Origin: Bdellovibrionota bacterium
Lineage (GTDB): Bacteria; Bdellovibrionota_C; UBA2361; JAAYZI01
Reading direction: 5' to 3'
Assembly (NCBI GenBank): GCA_050950765.1
Contig: JBMNIF010000001.1
Span: 192,001 to 256,000, forward strand
Length of the DNA stretch: 64,000 nucleotides
In this document: piece by piece, positions 21,660 through 34,035 of the stretch
How the letters are laid out: every line of letters starts with the position of its first letter
Position numbering within the stretch: position 1 is the first letter of the stretch
Notes under the pieces: generated by a model
Told to the model about the DNA's origin: nothing
What the model saw: the letters and a program-made list of their open reading frames with translations, nothing else
Databases searched by the model: none
Position numbers and translations under genes: made by a program

Positions 21660-23054
21660 ATGTCTAAAAAACCGTTAATACTTGCCGCCGATGATAATGA
21701 GGATGCTCTTTTTGCTTTAAAAGAGATTTTAGATGTCGCGGGGTTTGATGTGCAGACTGCGATTAACGGCAAGGAGGCGGTTGAAAAAGCAAAACAGTTT
21801 AATCCCGATCTGATTTTACTTGATTTAGTAATGCCGAAGATGAACGGGTATGAAGCTACGCAGGTGCTAAAAGCAGATCCTGAGTTGCGTTATACTCCGG
21901 TAGTGTTGGTAACTTCAAAAGATAACCTTGAAGATATCGTGATGGGATTAAATTATGGTGCGGATGATTATATCAAAAAGCCGTTCCGTAAGGAGGAGTT
22001 ATTGGCACGCATTAATGCGGCGATGCGCATGCGTGCTTTGTATCAAGACTTGCAGCAGAGTCATGCTGATAATCGACGTTTGCGTTTAGAATTAAAAGAG
22101 GGCGCAGAGTTTGAGGGCATTATTGGAAGCAGCGCCTCAATGCGGGAGATCTATGCTTTGATCGATAAGATTAAAGAGTCGGATGTTTCGGTATTAATTA
22201 CGGGAGAGTCAGGTACTGGGAAAGAGTTGATAGCGCGAGCTATTCATACTACGGGACAGAGAAAGAACAGAGCTTTTGTAGCGCAAAACTGTTCTGCTTT
22301 TAATGATAATCTACTTGAATCAGAGCTCTTCGGACATGTGAAGGGTGCTTTTACGGGGGCGACACGCGACAAACAGGGGCTTTTTGAAGTTGCAGATGGT
22401 GGAAGCTTTTTTCTTGATGAGTTGGGAGAGATGAGCCCTGCTTTACAGGTGAAGCTGTTGAGAGTTTTGCAAGATGGTACCTTTATCCCTGTTGGTGCGA
22501 CAGCTGCAAAAAAAGTAGATGTTAGAGTTATCGCTGCAACGAATAGAGATCTGCGAGAGATGGTTAAAAAAGGACTCTTTAGAGAGGATCTCTTTTACCG
22601 TTTGAATGTTGTTAATATAGCGTTGCCGCCTTTAAGAGAGAGGCGAGTCGATATCCCGCTTTTAGCACAATTCTTTTTGCAGCAGATCGCTGCTAAAAAC
22701 GGTACAAAATGTAAAGTTCTTTCAGAGGAATCTCTGCGAGTTCTTTCTGATTATGATTGGCCGGGTAATGTCAGGGAGCTGCAAAACGAATTGGAGCGTG
22801 CCGTTATTATGAGTGGACACGTTGAGGAGATCTCCTTAGTTGATATCTCAAAGCATTTACAAAAAACAGATTCTTCAGATGAAACGAGAGGAAAACGGTT
22901 GGATGGTAAATTAAAGGATGCTATTGAGAATCTTGAAAAGAATATGATTGCAGCAGCCTTAGATCGGCATAATGGTAATAAAAGTGAAGCTGCTAAAGAT
23001 TTAGGGTTGTCTCGATCAACTTTAATCTCTAAGGTCGCCAATTATCAATTGTAG
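21660..23054 (+). CDS. Sigma54-dependent NtrC-family response regulator
   Basis: Receiver domain (DD..., DLVMPKMNG), GESGTGKE, ESELFGHVKGAFTGA, WPGNVREL, C-terminal Fis-type HTH. Confidence 0.95.
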   Translation: MSKKPLILAADDNEDALFALKEILDVAGFDVQTAINGKEAVEKAKQFNPDLILLDLVMPKMNGYEATQVLKADPELRYTPVVLVTSKDNLEDIVMGLNYGADDYIKKPFRKEELLARINAAMRMRALYQDLQQSHADNRRLRLELKEGAEFEGIIGSSASMREIYALIDKIKESDVSVLITGESGTGKELIARAIHTTGQRKNRAFVAQNCSAFNDNLLESELFGHVKGAFTGATRDKQGLFEVADGGSFFLDELGEMSPALQVKLLRVLQDGTFIPVGATAAKKVDVRVIAATNRDLREMVKKGLFREDLFYRLNVVNIALPPLRERRVDIPLLAQFFLQQIAAKNGTKCKVLSEESLRVLSDYDWPGNVRELQNELERAVIMSGHVEEISLVDISKHLQKTDSSDETRGKRLDGKLKDAIENLEKNMIAAALDRHNGNKSEAAKDLGLSRSTLISKVANYQL

Positions 23055-23091
23055 TCATACATAACCTAGTGAGATATTTTAGGAGGTTCTT

Positions 23092-24339
23092 GTGAGTAGT
23101 GTAAGGGAGGCGGCGATTGCAGCAAAAAAAGTTTCTGGAGACTTAGCAGCATTCTCCACAGAGAAAAAAAATCGCATACTGTTAAAAATCGCAGATTATT
23201 TAAGAGATAATAAACCGTATATTCTTAGTGCTAATGCAGAAGATATTCATCTTGGTGAGAAAAACGGATTAAATCAAACTTTAATTGATCGCTTAAGCCT
23301 TACTGAAGAACGTATTGAAGATATCGCTAAAGGAGTTGAGCAGGTCGCCTCTCTTCCAGATCCGATCGGTGTAGTGCTCTCAGAGTGGGATACTGCAGCG
23401 GGGTTACATATTCAAAAGGTGCGGGTGCCTTTCGGGGTTTTAGGAATAATCTATGAAGCGCGTCCAAATGTTACGATTGATGCTGCTGTGCTAAGCATAA
23501 AAAGCGGAAATGTTGCTTTGTTGCGAGGAAGTTCTTCTGCGCTTAATTCAAATCGTGCTTTAACAAAAATTGTGCAGGATGCTTTAGAAGTTGAAGGGGT
23601 AGCACGTGAAAGTGTACAACTACTTGATGCTGCTGGGTACGAAGCTACACAAGAGATGATGCAGCTTAGAGGGTTAATAGATGTTTTAATTCCAAGAGGC
23701 GGAGCTTCTTTAATTAAATCGGTTGTAGAGATGGCTGCTGTTCCTGTGATTGAAACTGGTGCTGGAAATTGCCATGTTTATATTCATAAAGATGGTGATG
23801 TAGAGATGGCTAAGAAGATAGTGCTTAATGCAAAAATACAACGCCCCTCTGTTTGTAATGCTCTCGAAACTTTATTGGTTCATCAAGAATGGGCTAAAAA
23901 ATATTTAAAAGATATAGTTGAGGCGTTACAAGAAAAAAGGGTGGAGTGTAGAGGGTGTGAAGAGGCTTGTCAGATCGTGAAGTCTTTAAAAGCAGCTACT
24001 ACTCAAGATTGGGAGACGGAGTTCCTTGATTATATTCTTGCAATAAAAATAGTTGATTCTGAAGAGGCAGCTATCGAGCATATCAACCATTATGGCACGA
24101 AGCATTCAGAAGCAATTATTACCCAATCTGAAGAAGTAGCAGAAAAGTTTATGCAGTACGTTGATGCGGCAGCTGTTTATCAAAATGCTTCAACACGCTT
24201 TACAGACGGATTCGTTTTCGGATTTGGCGCAGAGATAGGGATTAGTACGCAAAAATTGCACGCTAGAGGTCCTATGGGTTTGTGCGAAATGACATCATAT
24301 AAATATAAAATCTTTGGAAAAGGAGAGGTTCGATCTTAA
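23092..24339 (+). CDS. proA: Glutamate-5-semialdehyde dehydrogenase
   Basis: IIYEARPNVT, PSVCNALETLL, NASTRFTDG, GAEIGISTQKLHARGPMGL. Confidence 0.97.
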   Translation: MSSVREAAIAAKKVSGDLAAFSTEKKNRILLKIADYLRDNKPYILSANAEDIHLGEKNGLNQTLIDRLSLTEERIEDIAKGVEQVASLPDPIGVVLSEWDTAAGLHIQKVRVPFGVLGIIYEARPNVTIDAAVLSIKSGNVALLRGSSSALNSNRALTKIVQDALEVEGVARESVQLLDAAGYEATQEMMQLRGLIDVLIPRGGASLIKSVVEMAAVPVIETGAGNCHVYIHKDGDVEMAKKIVLNAKIQRPSVCNALETLLVHQEWAKKYLKDIVEALQEKRVECRGCEEACQIVKSLKAATTQDWETEFLDYILAIKIVDSEEAAIEHINHYGTKHSEAIITQSEEVAEKFMQYVDAAAVYQNASTRFTDGFVFGFGAEIGISTQKLHARGPMGLCEMTSYKYKIFGKGEVRS

Positions 24340-24365
24340 GAGTCTCCTTAGTTTTCTTTCACCTA

Positions 24366-25175
24366 ACTTTTTACCTCCGTAGAGATCTAGCCGAACCGTT
24401 CTGCAAGTTGTAGCCCGTTCGGTCGTTACTGGTGGGTGGCACCAGATCCACTAAGCTATCGCTGCCAATTAGGACACCCGCTTTTAGCTAAAGGGTGGCA
24501 CCAACGACAGCAGCTACAAAGAAGGGTGGCACCAAAACTGCCAGATTCTAGGCTTTTGTTAACGTCTTGATATTATTAGATGTTGTGATTTTGAAGTTTG
24601 GGTGTCCTATTTGCAAAGCGTCTGCGTCCCTGAAGGGTGGCACCAGATCCAAGCCAAACCAAAGCCCCATTAGCCAGCTACAAAGAAGGGTGGCACCAAA
24701 TTTTTAAACAGCCCGTCCGGTCGTTATGGTGGGTGGTACCAGTGACAGCCAGCTACAAAGAAGGGTGGCACCAAATTTTTAACCTCCAGTTTTTTGACCC
24801 CCGTTCTATCGTCCCTCAAGGGTGGCAACCAGTGACAGCCCCGATAAAGAAGGGTGGCACCAAAACTCTGAAGGGTGGCACCAAAACTACCTGATTTTGG
24901 GTTTTTGTTAACGTCTTGATATTATTAGATGTTGTGATTCTGAAGTTTGGGAGAAAACTCTAGTGGGTGGCACCAAATTTTTGACCTCCGTGAAGATCTA
25001 GCCGATCCCGTCTTGCAGTTACAGCCCGTCCGGTCGTTACTGGTGGGTGGCACCAGATCCTCCGTCAACATCTAGCCGATTCGGTTTTTAGTTGTAGCCC
25101 GTCTGATTGTTCTTAGAGGGTGGAGGGGTCGTTACTGAAGGGGTAGGGAGATCATCACCTGAAGGGGGCGGGGAA
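24366..25175 (+). repeat. GGGTGGCACCA mosaic array (10 exact cores plus variants) between convergent proA and lptB
   Basis: Cores at 24434, 24493, 24524, 24635, 24688, 24763, 24852, 24873, 24965, 25045; variants at 24731 and 24820; decayed G-rich tail. Confidence 0.95.
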
Positions 25176-25184
25176 GTAGAAACT

Positions 25185-25910
25185 CTACATCTCAAAATTT
25201 TCCCCTAAATAATACCTTTGAGCCTCTTTACTGTTGGTTATGATATCGGAGTCCCCTTCTACAAGAATTTTACCATCAACTACAATATAGGCACGATCGC
25301 AGATCCCGAGAGTTTCATGGACGTTGTGATCTGTAATAAGAACTCCGATCCCTTTGTCTTTTAACTGTCGCACGATCGATTGAATATCTGCAATCGCTAT
25401 CGGATCAATTCCAGCAAATGGTTCGTCTAAAAGAATAAAGTGCGGAGAACGTGCTAAGGCACGCGCAATCTCAACTCTACGTCGCTCACCACCTGAAAGA
25501 GAAGCTGCCATGTTATTCGCCAAGCTTGCGACACCCAGTTCATTTAAAAGTTCATTTAAACGGTTTTTACGCTCCTTTTCTGAGTTGAACTTTACGGTCT
25601 CAAGAATGGCCATAATGTTGTCTTTGACACTTAATTTTCTAAATACCGAAGCTTCTTGCGGTAAATATCCTATTCCTAAACGGGCACGTTCAAAAACAGG
25701 TTCTTTTGTAATGTCTTTTCCATCAATAAAGACCTTACCACTATTTGGGGTGATCAGCCCCACACACATATAGAAAGTCGTGGTTTTTCCAGCACCATTT
25801 GGGCCCAAAAGTCCGACGATCTCACCAGCGTTAACGTTGATTGAGATATTGTTAACTACTTTACGACCACCGTAAATTTTTGAAATGTTTTCAGCTGAAA
25901 GTGTGTGCAT
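25185..25910 (-). CDS. lptB: LPS export ABC transporter ATPase
   Basis: GLLGPNGAGKTT, YLPQEASVFRKL, LSGGERRRVEIARAL, LDEPFAGIDP, TDHNV. Confidence 0.97.
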   Translation of the reverse strand: MHTLSAENISKIYGGRKVVNNISINVNAGEIVGLLGPNGAGKTTTFYMCVGLITPNSGKVFIDGKDITKEPVFERARLGIGYLPQEASVFRKLSVKDNIMAILETVKFNSEKERKNRLNELLNELGVASLANNMAASLSGGERRRVEIARALARSPHFILLDEPFAGIDPIAIADIQSIVRQLKDKGIGVLITDHNVHETLGICDRAYIVVDGKILVEGDSDIITNSKEAQRYYLGENFEM

Positions 25911-26428
25911 TATTTTTTATCCTTACTTCCCTGTTTTACCAGTTTAACTCTGACATTACCTGTTGCTTCACTCTTGTTAGTCTGTAAATGGATAACGATG
26001 GAGTCTGCACTTAAAACGCTACCATCTTGCAAGAGTTCCGGATTCTCTGTCAATGTTAATGATTCTGAACTTTGCTCATAGATCGTTTTCTGACAGGTGG
26101 CACGAATTGAAGTTCCTTTAACGATAGTAACATTTTTTTTAGCTATCATCTTTGTAATCTGATTATTTTCGTTGTAGTACCCCTCCAACTCATCACAGGT
26201 CATGTGAAGATCTCCATGTAAGACATCAACTGCACCCGAATAAATGAAGACACGTTCGTTCGCTTTGAGAATCAAAGAGGTCGATTTAATATAGGTTGGA
26301 CTGTTACCCACATCGAACTCCATCTGATCTTGTTTTGATAACGAATCTAGTGGTGATGATGTCTCTGCTAGAGCAGTTGTGGAGGTGATTAGGGTGATTA
26401 TTAGTATAAGAATAAAGGGGGTCTTCAT
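25910..26428 (-). CDS. lptA: LPS transport periplasmic protein LptA (OstA-like)
   Basis: Signal peptide, beta-jellyroll-like pattern, position between lptC and lptB. Confidence 0.8.
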   Translation of the reverse strand: MKTPFILILIITLITSTTALAETSSPLDSLSKQDQMEFDVGNSPTYIKSTSLILKANERVFIYSGAVDVLHGDLHMTCDELEGYYNENNQITKMIAKKNVTIVKGTSIRATCQKTIYEQSSESLTLTENPELLQDGSVLSADSIVIHLQTNKSEATGNVRVKLVKQGSKDKK

Positions 26429-26441
26429 TTTTTTCTTTCTC

Positions 26442-27116
26442 CTATCTCTTTTTAGCTTTTTTTTGAAGTTCTGGTTTCTTATCCTCTTTCTTTAGAGCTT
26501 GCTTTAAATTTTGTTGACCATATTGAAAGATCGTAGTTGAAACATCTTTTTCTAATAGGAATTCTTTTGTTCCGAGATTGGCACGTAACTTCTTCCCTTT
26601 AAGAATTAAGCCTGGTTTTTCAATGGTAATTTCTCCTGGGGTTGTCACTGTCTGATCATCACCAGCCATTCTAGCTCTGTTTGTCGTTAACTTAATATCA
26701 TTTAGCGTAATTATGACGTTGTCGGAAAGTTTGACATCTTCAAGCTTAGCATCTTTGATCGTAATATTAGCTTTTTCTGAGGTGACAGTAATGACATCCC
26801 CATCTTTTTGATAAAACCATAGTTGTGCTTCCAATAGTTGCGCCGTTTGCTCAGTAGGATTATAACGACCTTCTTTCGACATAACCTCCCATAATTTTTT
26901 GCCGTCCTTTGTTTCGCTGCGGTGAAACTTTCCCATAACTAACTCTATATCAGAATCAGGCATAGCGGAGGCTATCTTTTCTGAAAGAGTTTGCTCTGCG
27001 GGGGGAGGGGGAAGATTATAGCTTTGGTTTGCTTTATGCAGGAAGCCCGCAACTAGGAAAAAGCAGATGATAACGCATCCCGACAGGATTAGACTTTGTT
27101 TGCGAGTTAGTCTCAT
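26442..27116 (-). CDS. lptC: LPS export protein LptC
   Basis: N-terminal TM anchor, DGKKLWEV-type motif, position after kdsA. Confidence 0.75.
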   Translation of the reverse strand: MRLTRKQSLILSGCVIICFFLVAGFLHKANQSYNLPPPPAEQTLSEKIASAMPDSDIELVMGKFHRSETKDGKKLWEVMSKEGRYNPTEQTAQLLEAQLWFYQKDGDVITVTSEKANITIKDAKLEDVKLSDNVIITLNDIKLTTNRARMAGDDQTVTTPGEITIEKPGLILKGKKLRANLGTKEFLLEKDVSTTIFQYGQQNLKQALKKEDKKPELQKKAKKR

Positions 27117-27157
27117 GAAGTAAAATTAACCTTAAAAATGTAGTATTCGTTTTCCTA

Positions 27158-28018
27158 CTAAAATGTCCACGCACTCTTATCATTTTTATCATTGCGTGCA
27201 CCTATTACACCCTCTCTAATGCGGCAAACTGTTTCCAATATCCCTCTGACCTTTGGGAGTGGTAACATACAGGCTGCATCGGAAGGAGCACGGTCGGGGT
27301 CTTGATGACATTCGATAAACAAACCATCTATTCCGACAGCAGTGGCTGCATAAGCAAGTGGCGCAATATACTCTCGGTGTCCGCCTGAAACTCCCTTTGC
27401 ACCCCCCATAACTTGCACACTGTGTGTAGCATCAAAGATAACGGGATATCCCAGAGATCTCATGATGCAAAGGTTGCGCATATCAACAACTAAATCATGA
27501 TAACCTAAACAGGTGCCACGTTCACATAATAGGATATTACTGTTACCGGTGTGCTCTATCTTAGCAGCGCTGTGTTTCATATCCGCTGCTGCCATAAATT
27601 GCGCTTTTTTGATATGAACTGGTTTGCCTGTTTCTCCAGCAGCAAGTAGTAAGTCCGTTTGTCTACATAAAAAAGCGGGGATCTGTAAAACATCAACCAC
27701 TTTTGCAACTTTTGAGGCTTGATCTGGAAGATGAACATCTGTAATGACCGGCACGCCCATCTTCTTTTTTACTTCAGAGAGGATGCGCAAACCCTCTTCT
27801 AAACCTGGACCACGTTTGCTATTCACGCTAGTACGATTAGCCTTATCAAAGGAGCCTTTAAAAACTAAAGAGATCGGAAGGTCTTTGACTATCCGTTTCA
27901 ATTCTTCCGCAATCATTAAGCTGTGTTCTATGCTCTCAAGTTGACAAGGTCCAGCGAAAAGGAGTAAGGACTGCTCTGATCCAACTTGAATATCTTTTGT
28001 AATTTCTACACTGTTCAT
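27158..28018 (-). CDS. kdsA: KDO 8-phosphate synthase
   Basis: AGPC, KGSFDKANRTS, LQIPAFLCRQTDLL, FDATHSVQ. Confidence 0.97.
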   Translation of the reverse strand: MNSVEITKDIQVGSEQSLLLFAGPCQLESIEHSLMIAEELKRIVKDLPISLVFKGSFDKANRTSVNSKRGPGLEEGLRILSEVKKKMGVPVITDVHLPDQASKVAKVVDVLQIPAFLCRQTDLLLAAGETGKPVHIKKAQFMAAADMKHSAAKIEHTGNSNILLCERGTCLGYHDLVVDMRNLCIMRSLGYPVIFDATHSVQVMGGAKGVSGGHREYIAPLAYAATAVGIDGLFIECHQDPDRAPSDAACMLPLPKVRGILETVCRIREGVIGARNDKNDKSAWTF

Positions 28019-28022
28019 ATCG

Positions 28023-29714
<1,692 letters not shown>

Positions 29715-30263
29715 TTAATATTTCAAGTCCGCGTGAGTATAGCGCGGAGGTGATTTTGAAACAACGATGACAAACAATTTAGTGTCTCGTTTTGTTGACA
29801 ATAAGAGCTATTAAAAATTTATTAGAGGGTATCTTAAAGCCGTTCCGATAAATTTAAAAAACGGGCATTTTTCTTTATACTAAGTTTCTTAAATAATTGT
29901 TTTATTAGTTTTGATGGGAGGAGATACGTCTGTCTGGTTGAAAATAAAACGGGTGTATAAATTGGCAAAGTTCTTAAAAAGTCAGTTAGTTAGAGCGGAA
30001 GGGGGGGTGTTCTTGAGCTTTCTTTTTTGATTTTATATATCTTACGAAGAAGGTAAAAATAGTGCTGCTTTTGCTTTCTCTTTAAGGTCGTATTTCTGAT
30101 CTTATATATATTGTCGGCGCTGTCTGCTGGTAATGTTAAGTTAAAACATTTATGCTCTACGGAGTGTTTTTTTCAGGAGTGGTGTTTAGACTACGCTAGT
30201 GAACAAAATCAGCTGCTGATAGTTGCAGACTCTACCTCTATATTTAATTTTGGAATTGAAGAT

Positions 30264-31508
30264 ATGGATAAAAGACGAGTTGTTATTACAGGAATTGGGA
30301 TAATTTCACCGTTAGCAAATACGCGTGATGAAACATGGGCTGCCATAAAAGAGGGCAAGTCTGGAATCGGTGCGATTACGCAGTTTGATGCTTCTCAATT
30401 TAACGCTCGTATTGCAGCTGAAGTTAAAAACTTTAATCCTGAAGATTATGTTGATAGTAAAGAGGTAAAAAAATACGATCTCTTCTCTCATTATGCTATC
30501 GCCGCTGCCAAAGAGGCACGTGAAGATGCCGCTTATGCCGAGACAACTTATACCCCAGAACGGAGTGGATGTATTCTCGGTGTTGGTCTTGGTGGACTAC
30601 CTGTCCTTGAGAAATATCATCGAATCTGTATTGAGTCGGGACCACGTCGTATCTCACCGTTTTTAATCCCTGCTTTGATTTCAAACTTAGCTGCCGGTAA
30701 TGTTGCTGTTAAACATAACTTGAGAGGAACAAGTTACATCGTAACAAGTGCTTGTGCTTCTTCAACGCACGCTATCGGAGAAGCCTATCGGATGATAGCC
30801 GACAATCTGCAAGATATAGTTTTTACAGGTGGTGCAGAAAGCACGATTACTGAGATGGCAGTTGGTGGTTTCTGCTCTTGTAAAGCGCTTTCAACTCGTA
30901 ATGATGAGCCGGAAAAGGCATCGCGTCCGTTTGATCGTGACCGCGATGGCTTCGTGATAGGTGAGGGCGGTGCTATCTTAATCTTAGAAGAGTACGAAGC
31001 TGCAAAGAAAAGGGGTGCAAAGATCTATGCTGAAGTTGTGGGCTACGGATTTTCATGTGATGCCTATCACATTACGGCTCCGCATCCAGATGGCATCGGA
31101 GCCATAAACTCTATGAAGATGGCGCTGGATTGGGCGAAATTAAACCCCGAACAGGTGGGGTATATCAATGCGCACGGTACTTCAACAGGTGCTAATGATG
31201 TAATGGAGACAAAAGCTATTAAAGAAGTGTTTGGCGATTACGCTAAACACGGTTTAATGGTTAGCTCTACGAAATCTATGGTCGGACACCTCTTGGGAGC
31301 GGCTGGTGGAATTGAAGCTGCTTTTTCGGCTTTAGCTATTACAGATGGTGTGATCCCGCCGACGATTAATCTTGATCACCCTGATGATGAGTGTGATTTG
31401 GATTATGTTCCGAATGTTGCTCGTGAGGCTAAGGTGAAATATGTCATGTCCAATTCTTTTGGTTTTGGTGGCGCTAACGGCACTATTATTTTAGGTGCAG
31501 TAGAATAA
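30264..31508 (+). CDS. fabF: 3-oxoacyl-ACP synthase II (start ATG 30264)
   Basis: RRVVITGIG, SACAS, NAHGTST, KSMVGHLLGAAG, SNSFGFGG. Confidence 0.96.
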   Translation: MDKRRVVITGIGIISPLANTRDETWAAIKEGKSGIGAITQFDASQFNARIAAEVKNFNPEDYVDSKEVKKYDLFSHYAIAAAKEAREDAAYAETTYTPERSGCILGVGLGGLPVLEKYHRICIESGPRRISPFLIPALISNLAAGNVAVKHNLRGTSYIVTSACASSTHAIGEAYRMIADNLQDIVFTGGAESTITEMAVGGFCSCKALSTRNDEPEKASRPFDRDRDGFVIGEGGAILILEEYEAAKKRGAKIYAEVVGYGFSCDAYHITAPHPDGIGAINSMKMALDWAKLNPEQVGYINAHGTSTGANDVMETKAIKEVFGDYAKHGLMVSSTKSMVGHLLGAAGGIEAAFSALAITDGVIPPTINLDHPDDECDLDYVPNVAREAKVKYVMSNSFGFGGANGTIILGAVE

Positions 31509-31549
31509 AGGCGACGTTTTTGACACGCACTGAATATGTAAATCGAAAA

Positions 31550-31590
31550 GAGAAAAAGGGGCTTTTAAAAAGCAAAGTGCCGTTTTTCTC
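31550..31590. terminator. Hairpin between fabF and hisS
   Basis: gagaaaaaggggc...gccgtttttctc imperfect inverted repeat. Confidence 0.4.
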
Positions 31591-31611
31591 TGTAAAAAAA
31601 GCGGATTTTAT

Positions 31612-32937
31612 ATGGATAGTTCAAAAAAGGTAGAAGCACGAACCCTTAAGGGGTTCAGAGATCTGTTACCTGCTGAAGCTCTACTTAAAGAGCGTTTATT
31701 GCAAAAGATAAAAGCAGTTTTCTTTTCGTTCGGGTACGCTCCGATTGAAACTCCGCATATTGAATATACCGATGTCTTAATAGGGGAGACGAGTGGAGAG
31801 ATCGGGAAACAACTTTATCGTTTTGAAGATCAGGGGAAACGTGATGTCTGTTTGCGTTTTGATCTGACGGTGCCGTTTGCACGTTTTATCTCACAACATA
31901 AAGCGGATCTGGGAGTGCCGTTTAAACGTTATGCCGTTGGAAATGTTTTTCGTGGAGAGCAGCCGCAGTTCGGACGTTATCGTGAGTTTACACAGTGTGA
32001 TTTTGATTTTGTTGGTGTAGATACTCTCACTGCTGATGCTGAAATAATAGAACTTATTATGGCGCAGATGCAGGGCTTAGGGTTAAGCGATTTTGTAGTT
32101 AGAATTAATAACCGTAAAAGTATGAACGGGCTGGCGCACTCTTTAGGGATACAAGACAAAGCTTCTGATATGCTTAGAGTAATAGATAAGTATGATAAGA
32201 TCGGAAGAGATGGTGTGAGATCAGAGTTGAAGAAAGAGCTTTTAATAGGTGATGATCTGATAGATGAGGTCCTTGCGTTTGTTGAAATTACAGCAGAGTC
32301 AGACGCTACCGTTTTTGAAAGAGTGCAAGTTTACAAAGAGAAAAATGAACTTTTAAAAATAGGCTTGGAAGAGTTGGAACAGATCTCTGATATCCTCAAG
32401 CAATCCGGATTGGGTGCATACTTTAAGATCGATTTCACCATAGCTAGAGGCTTGGGATATTATACGGGGATAGTTTATGAGACTAATTTAAAGTCGATGC
32501 CTGAAATAGGTAGCGTGTGTTCCGGCGGACGATATGACGGATTAACGCAGAACTTTAGTAAAGAACGACTCCCTGGGGTTGGTGCTTCCATAGGGCTGGA
32601 TCGTTTGATCGCTGCACTATTAAAATTAGAGATAATGGAGACGGCTAATACACCAGCTAAGTTACTTCTGACCTTGATGGATATTAAAGAGTGTGGTGCT
32701 GTTCACAAATTAGCTGCACAGTTTAGATCGCTAGGAGTTGCTACGGAGGTTTATCCAGAACCAGCTAAGTTGAAAAAACAGTTTCAGTACGCCGATAGAA
32801 AGGGGCATAAGTTCGTAGCAGTAATCGGTGCAGCAGAATTAGCTGCTGGAACAGTTTCACTGCGTAACGTAGAGAGCGGAGATCAACAAAGTTGTGCTTC
32901 AGTACAGGAAGCTGTGAAAATTATCACTACTACTTAA
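31612..32937 (+). CDS. hisS: Histidine-tRNA ligase
   Basis: KGFRD, LRFDLTVPFAR, GRYREFTQCD, RGLGYYTG, GGRYD. Confidence 0.97.
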   Translation: MDSSKKVEARTLKGFRDLLPAEALLKERLLQKIKAVFFSFGYAPIETPHIEYTDVLIGETSGEIGKQLYRFEDQGKRDVCLRFDLTVPFARFISQHKADLGVPFKRYAVGNVFRGEQPQFGRYREFTQCDFDFVGVDTLTADAEIIELIMAQMQGLGLSDFVVRINNRKSMNGLAHSLGIQDKASDMLRVIDKYDKIGRDGVRSELKKELLIGDDLIDEVLAFVEITAESDATVFERVQVYKEKNELLKIGLEELEQISDILKQSGLGAYFKIDFTIARGLGYYTGIVYETNLKSMPEIGSVCSGGRYDGLTQNFSKERLPGVGASIGLDRLIAALLKLEIMETANTPAKLLLTLMDIKECGAVHKLAAQFRSLGVATEVYPEPAKLKKQFQYADRKGHKFVAVIGAAELAAGTVSLRNVESGDQQSCASVQEAVKIITTT

Positions 32938-32979
32938 GAAAAAGCGTCCTTAAAAACTTCTTCTTATATTTCAATAGGT

Positions 32980-34035
32980 CAGTTTTTTAACCCCCGTGGA
33001 AATCTAGCCGATTCATTTTTTAGTTGCAGCCCGTCCTGCCGTCCTTGAAGGGTGGCACCAGTTTTTTAACCCCCGTGGAAATCTAGCCGATTCATTTTTT
33101 AGTTACAGCCTGTTCTATCATCCTTGAAGGGTGGCAGCAGATTTTTGACCTCCGTAGAGACCTAACCGATTCGGTTTTTAGTTGCAGCCCGTTCAACCGT
33201 CCTTGAAGGGTGCCGTTCTTGGTGGGTGGCACCAGTGACAGCCAGCTAAAAAGAAGGGTGGCACCAAAACTGCCGAATTTGAAACTTTTGTTAACATCTT
33301 GATATTATTAGAAGTTGTGATTTTGAAGTTTGGGTGTCCTATTTGCAAAGCGTCTGCGACGCTGAAGGGTGGCACCAGTGACAGCCAGCTAAAAAGAAGG
33401 GTGGCACCAAAACTGCCGCATCCTTGAAGGGTGGCACCAGATTTTTGACCTCCGTAGAGACCTAACTGATCCCGTTTTTTAGTTGCAGCCCGTCCCGTTA
33501 CTGGTGGGTAGTACCAAAACTGCCGAACCGATAAAGAAGGGTGGCACCAAAACTGCCGAATTTGAAACTTTTGTTAACATCTTGATATTATTAGAAATTG
33601 TGATTTTGAAGTTTGGGTGTCCTATTTGCAAAGCGTCTGCGACGCTGAAGGGTGGCACCAAATTTTTAACCTCCGTAGAGACCTAACCAATTTGTTTTTT
33701 AGTTGCAGCCCGTCCCGTTACTGGTGGGTGGCACCAAAACTGCCGAACCGATAAAGAAGGGTGGCACCAAAACTGCCGAATTTTGGGTTTCTACTAACGT
33801 CTTAATATTATTAGAAGTTGTGATTTTGAAGTTTGAGTGTCCTATTTGCAAAGCGTCTGCGACGCTGAAGGGTGGCACCAGTGACAGCCAGCTAAAAAGA
33901 AGGGTGGCACCAAAACTGCCGAATTTGAAACTTTTGTTAACATCTTGATATTATTAGATGTTGTGATTTTAGAGTCTTTTAGCTCTAATGGGTGGCACCA
34001 AATTTTTCAGTTCCTAATGGGTGGCACCAAATTTT
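32980..34035 (+). repeat. GGGTGGCACCA mosaic array (14 exact cores; largest in the window) between convergent hisS and nth
   Basis: Cores at 33050, 33224, 33256, 33367, 33399, 33429, 33539, 33650, 33726, 33759, 33870, 33902, 33990, 34019; variants at 33129, 33208, 33506. Confidence 0.96.

Noticed and set aside
30111..30263. N-terminal extension of FabF or a hidden acpP
   Set aside because: FabF homology starts at MDKRRVVITG (30264) and no ACP DSL motif ORF is visible upstream.
33193..33948. Short ORFs over arrays (also 5597-5812, 24637-24894, 61591-61800, 4282-4638)
   Set aside because: They are translations of repeat modules on both strands with no RBS; A and B periods are not multiples of 3, so frames break at module joins.
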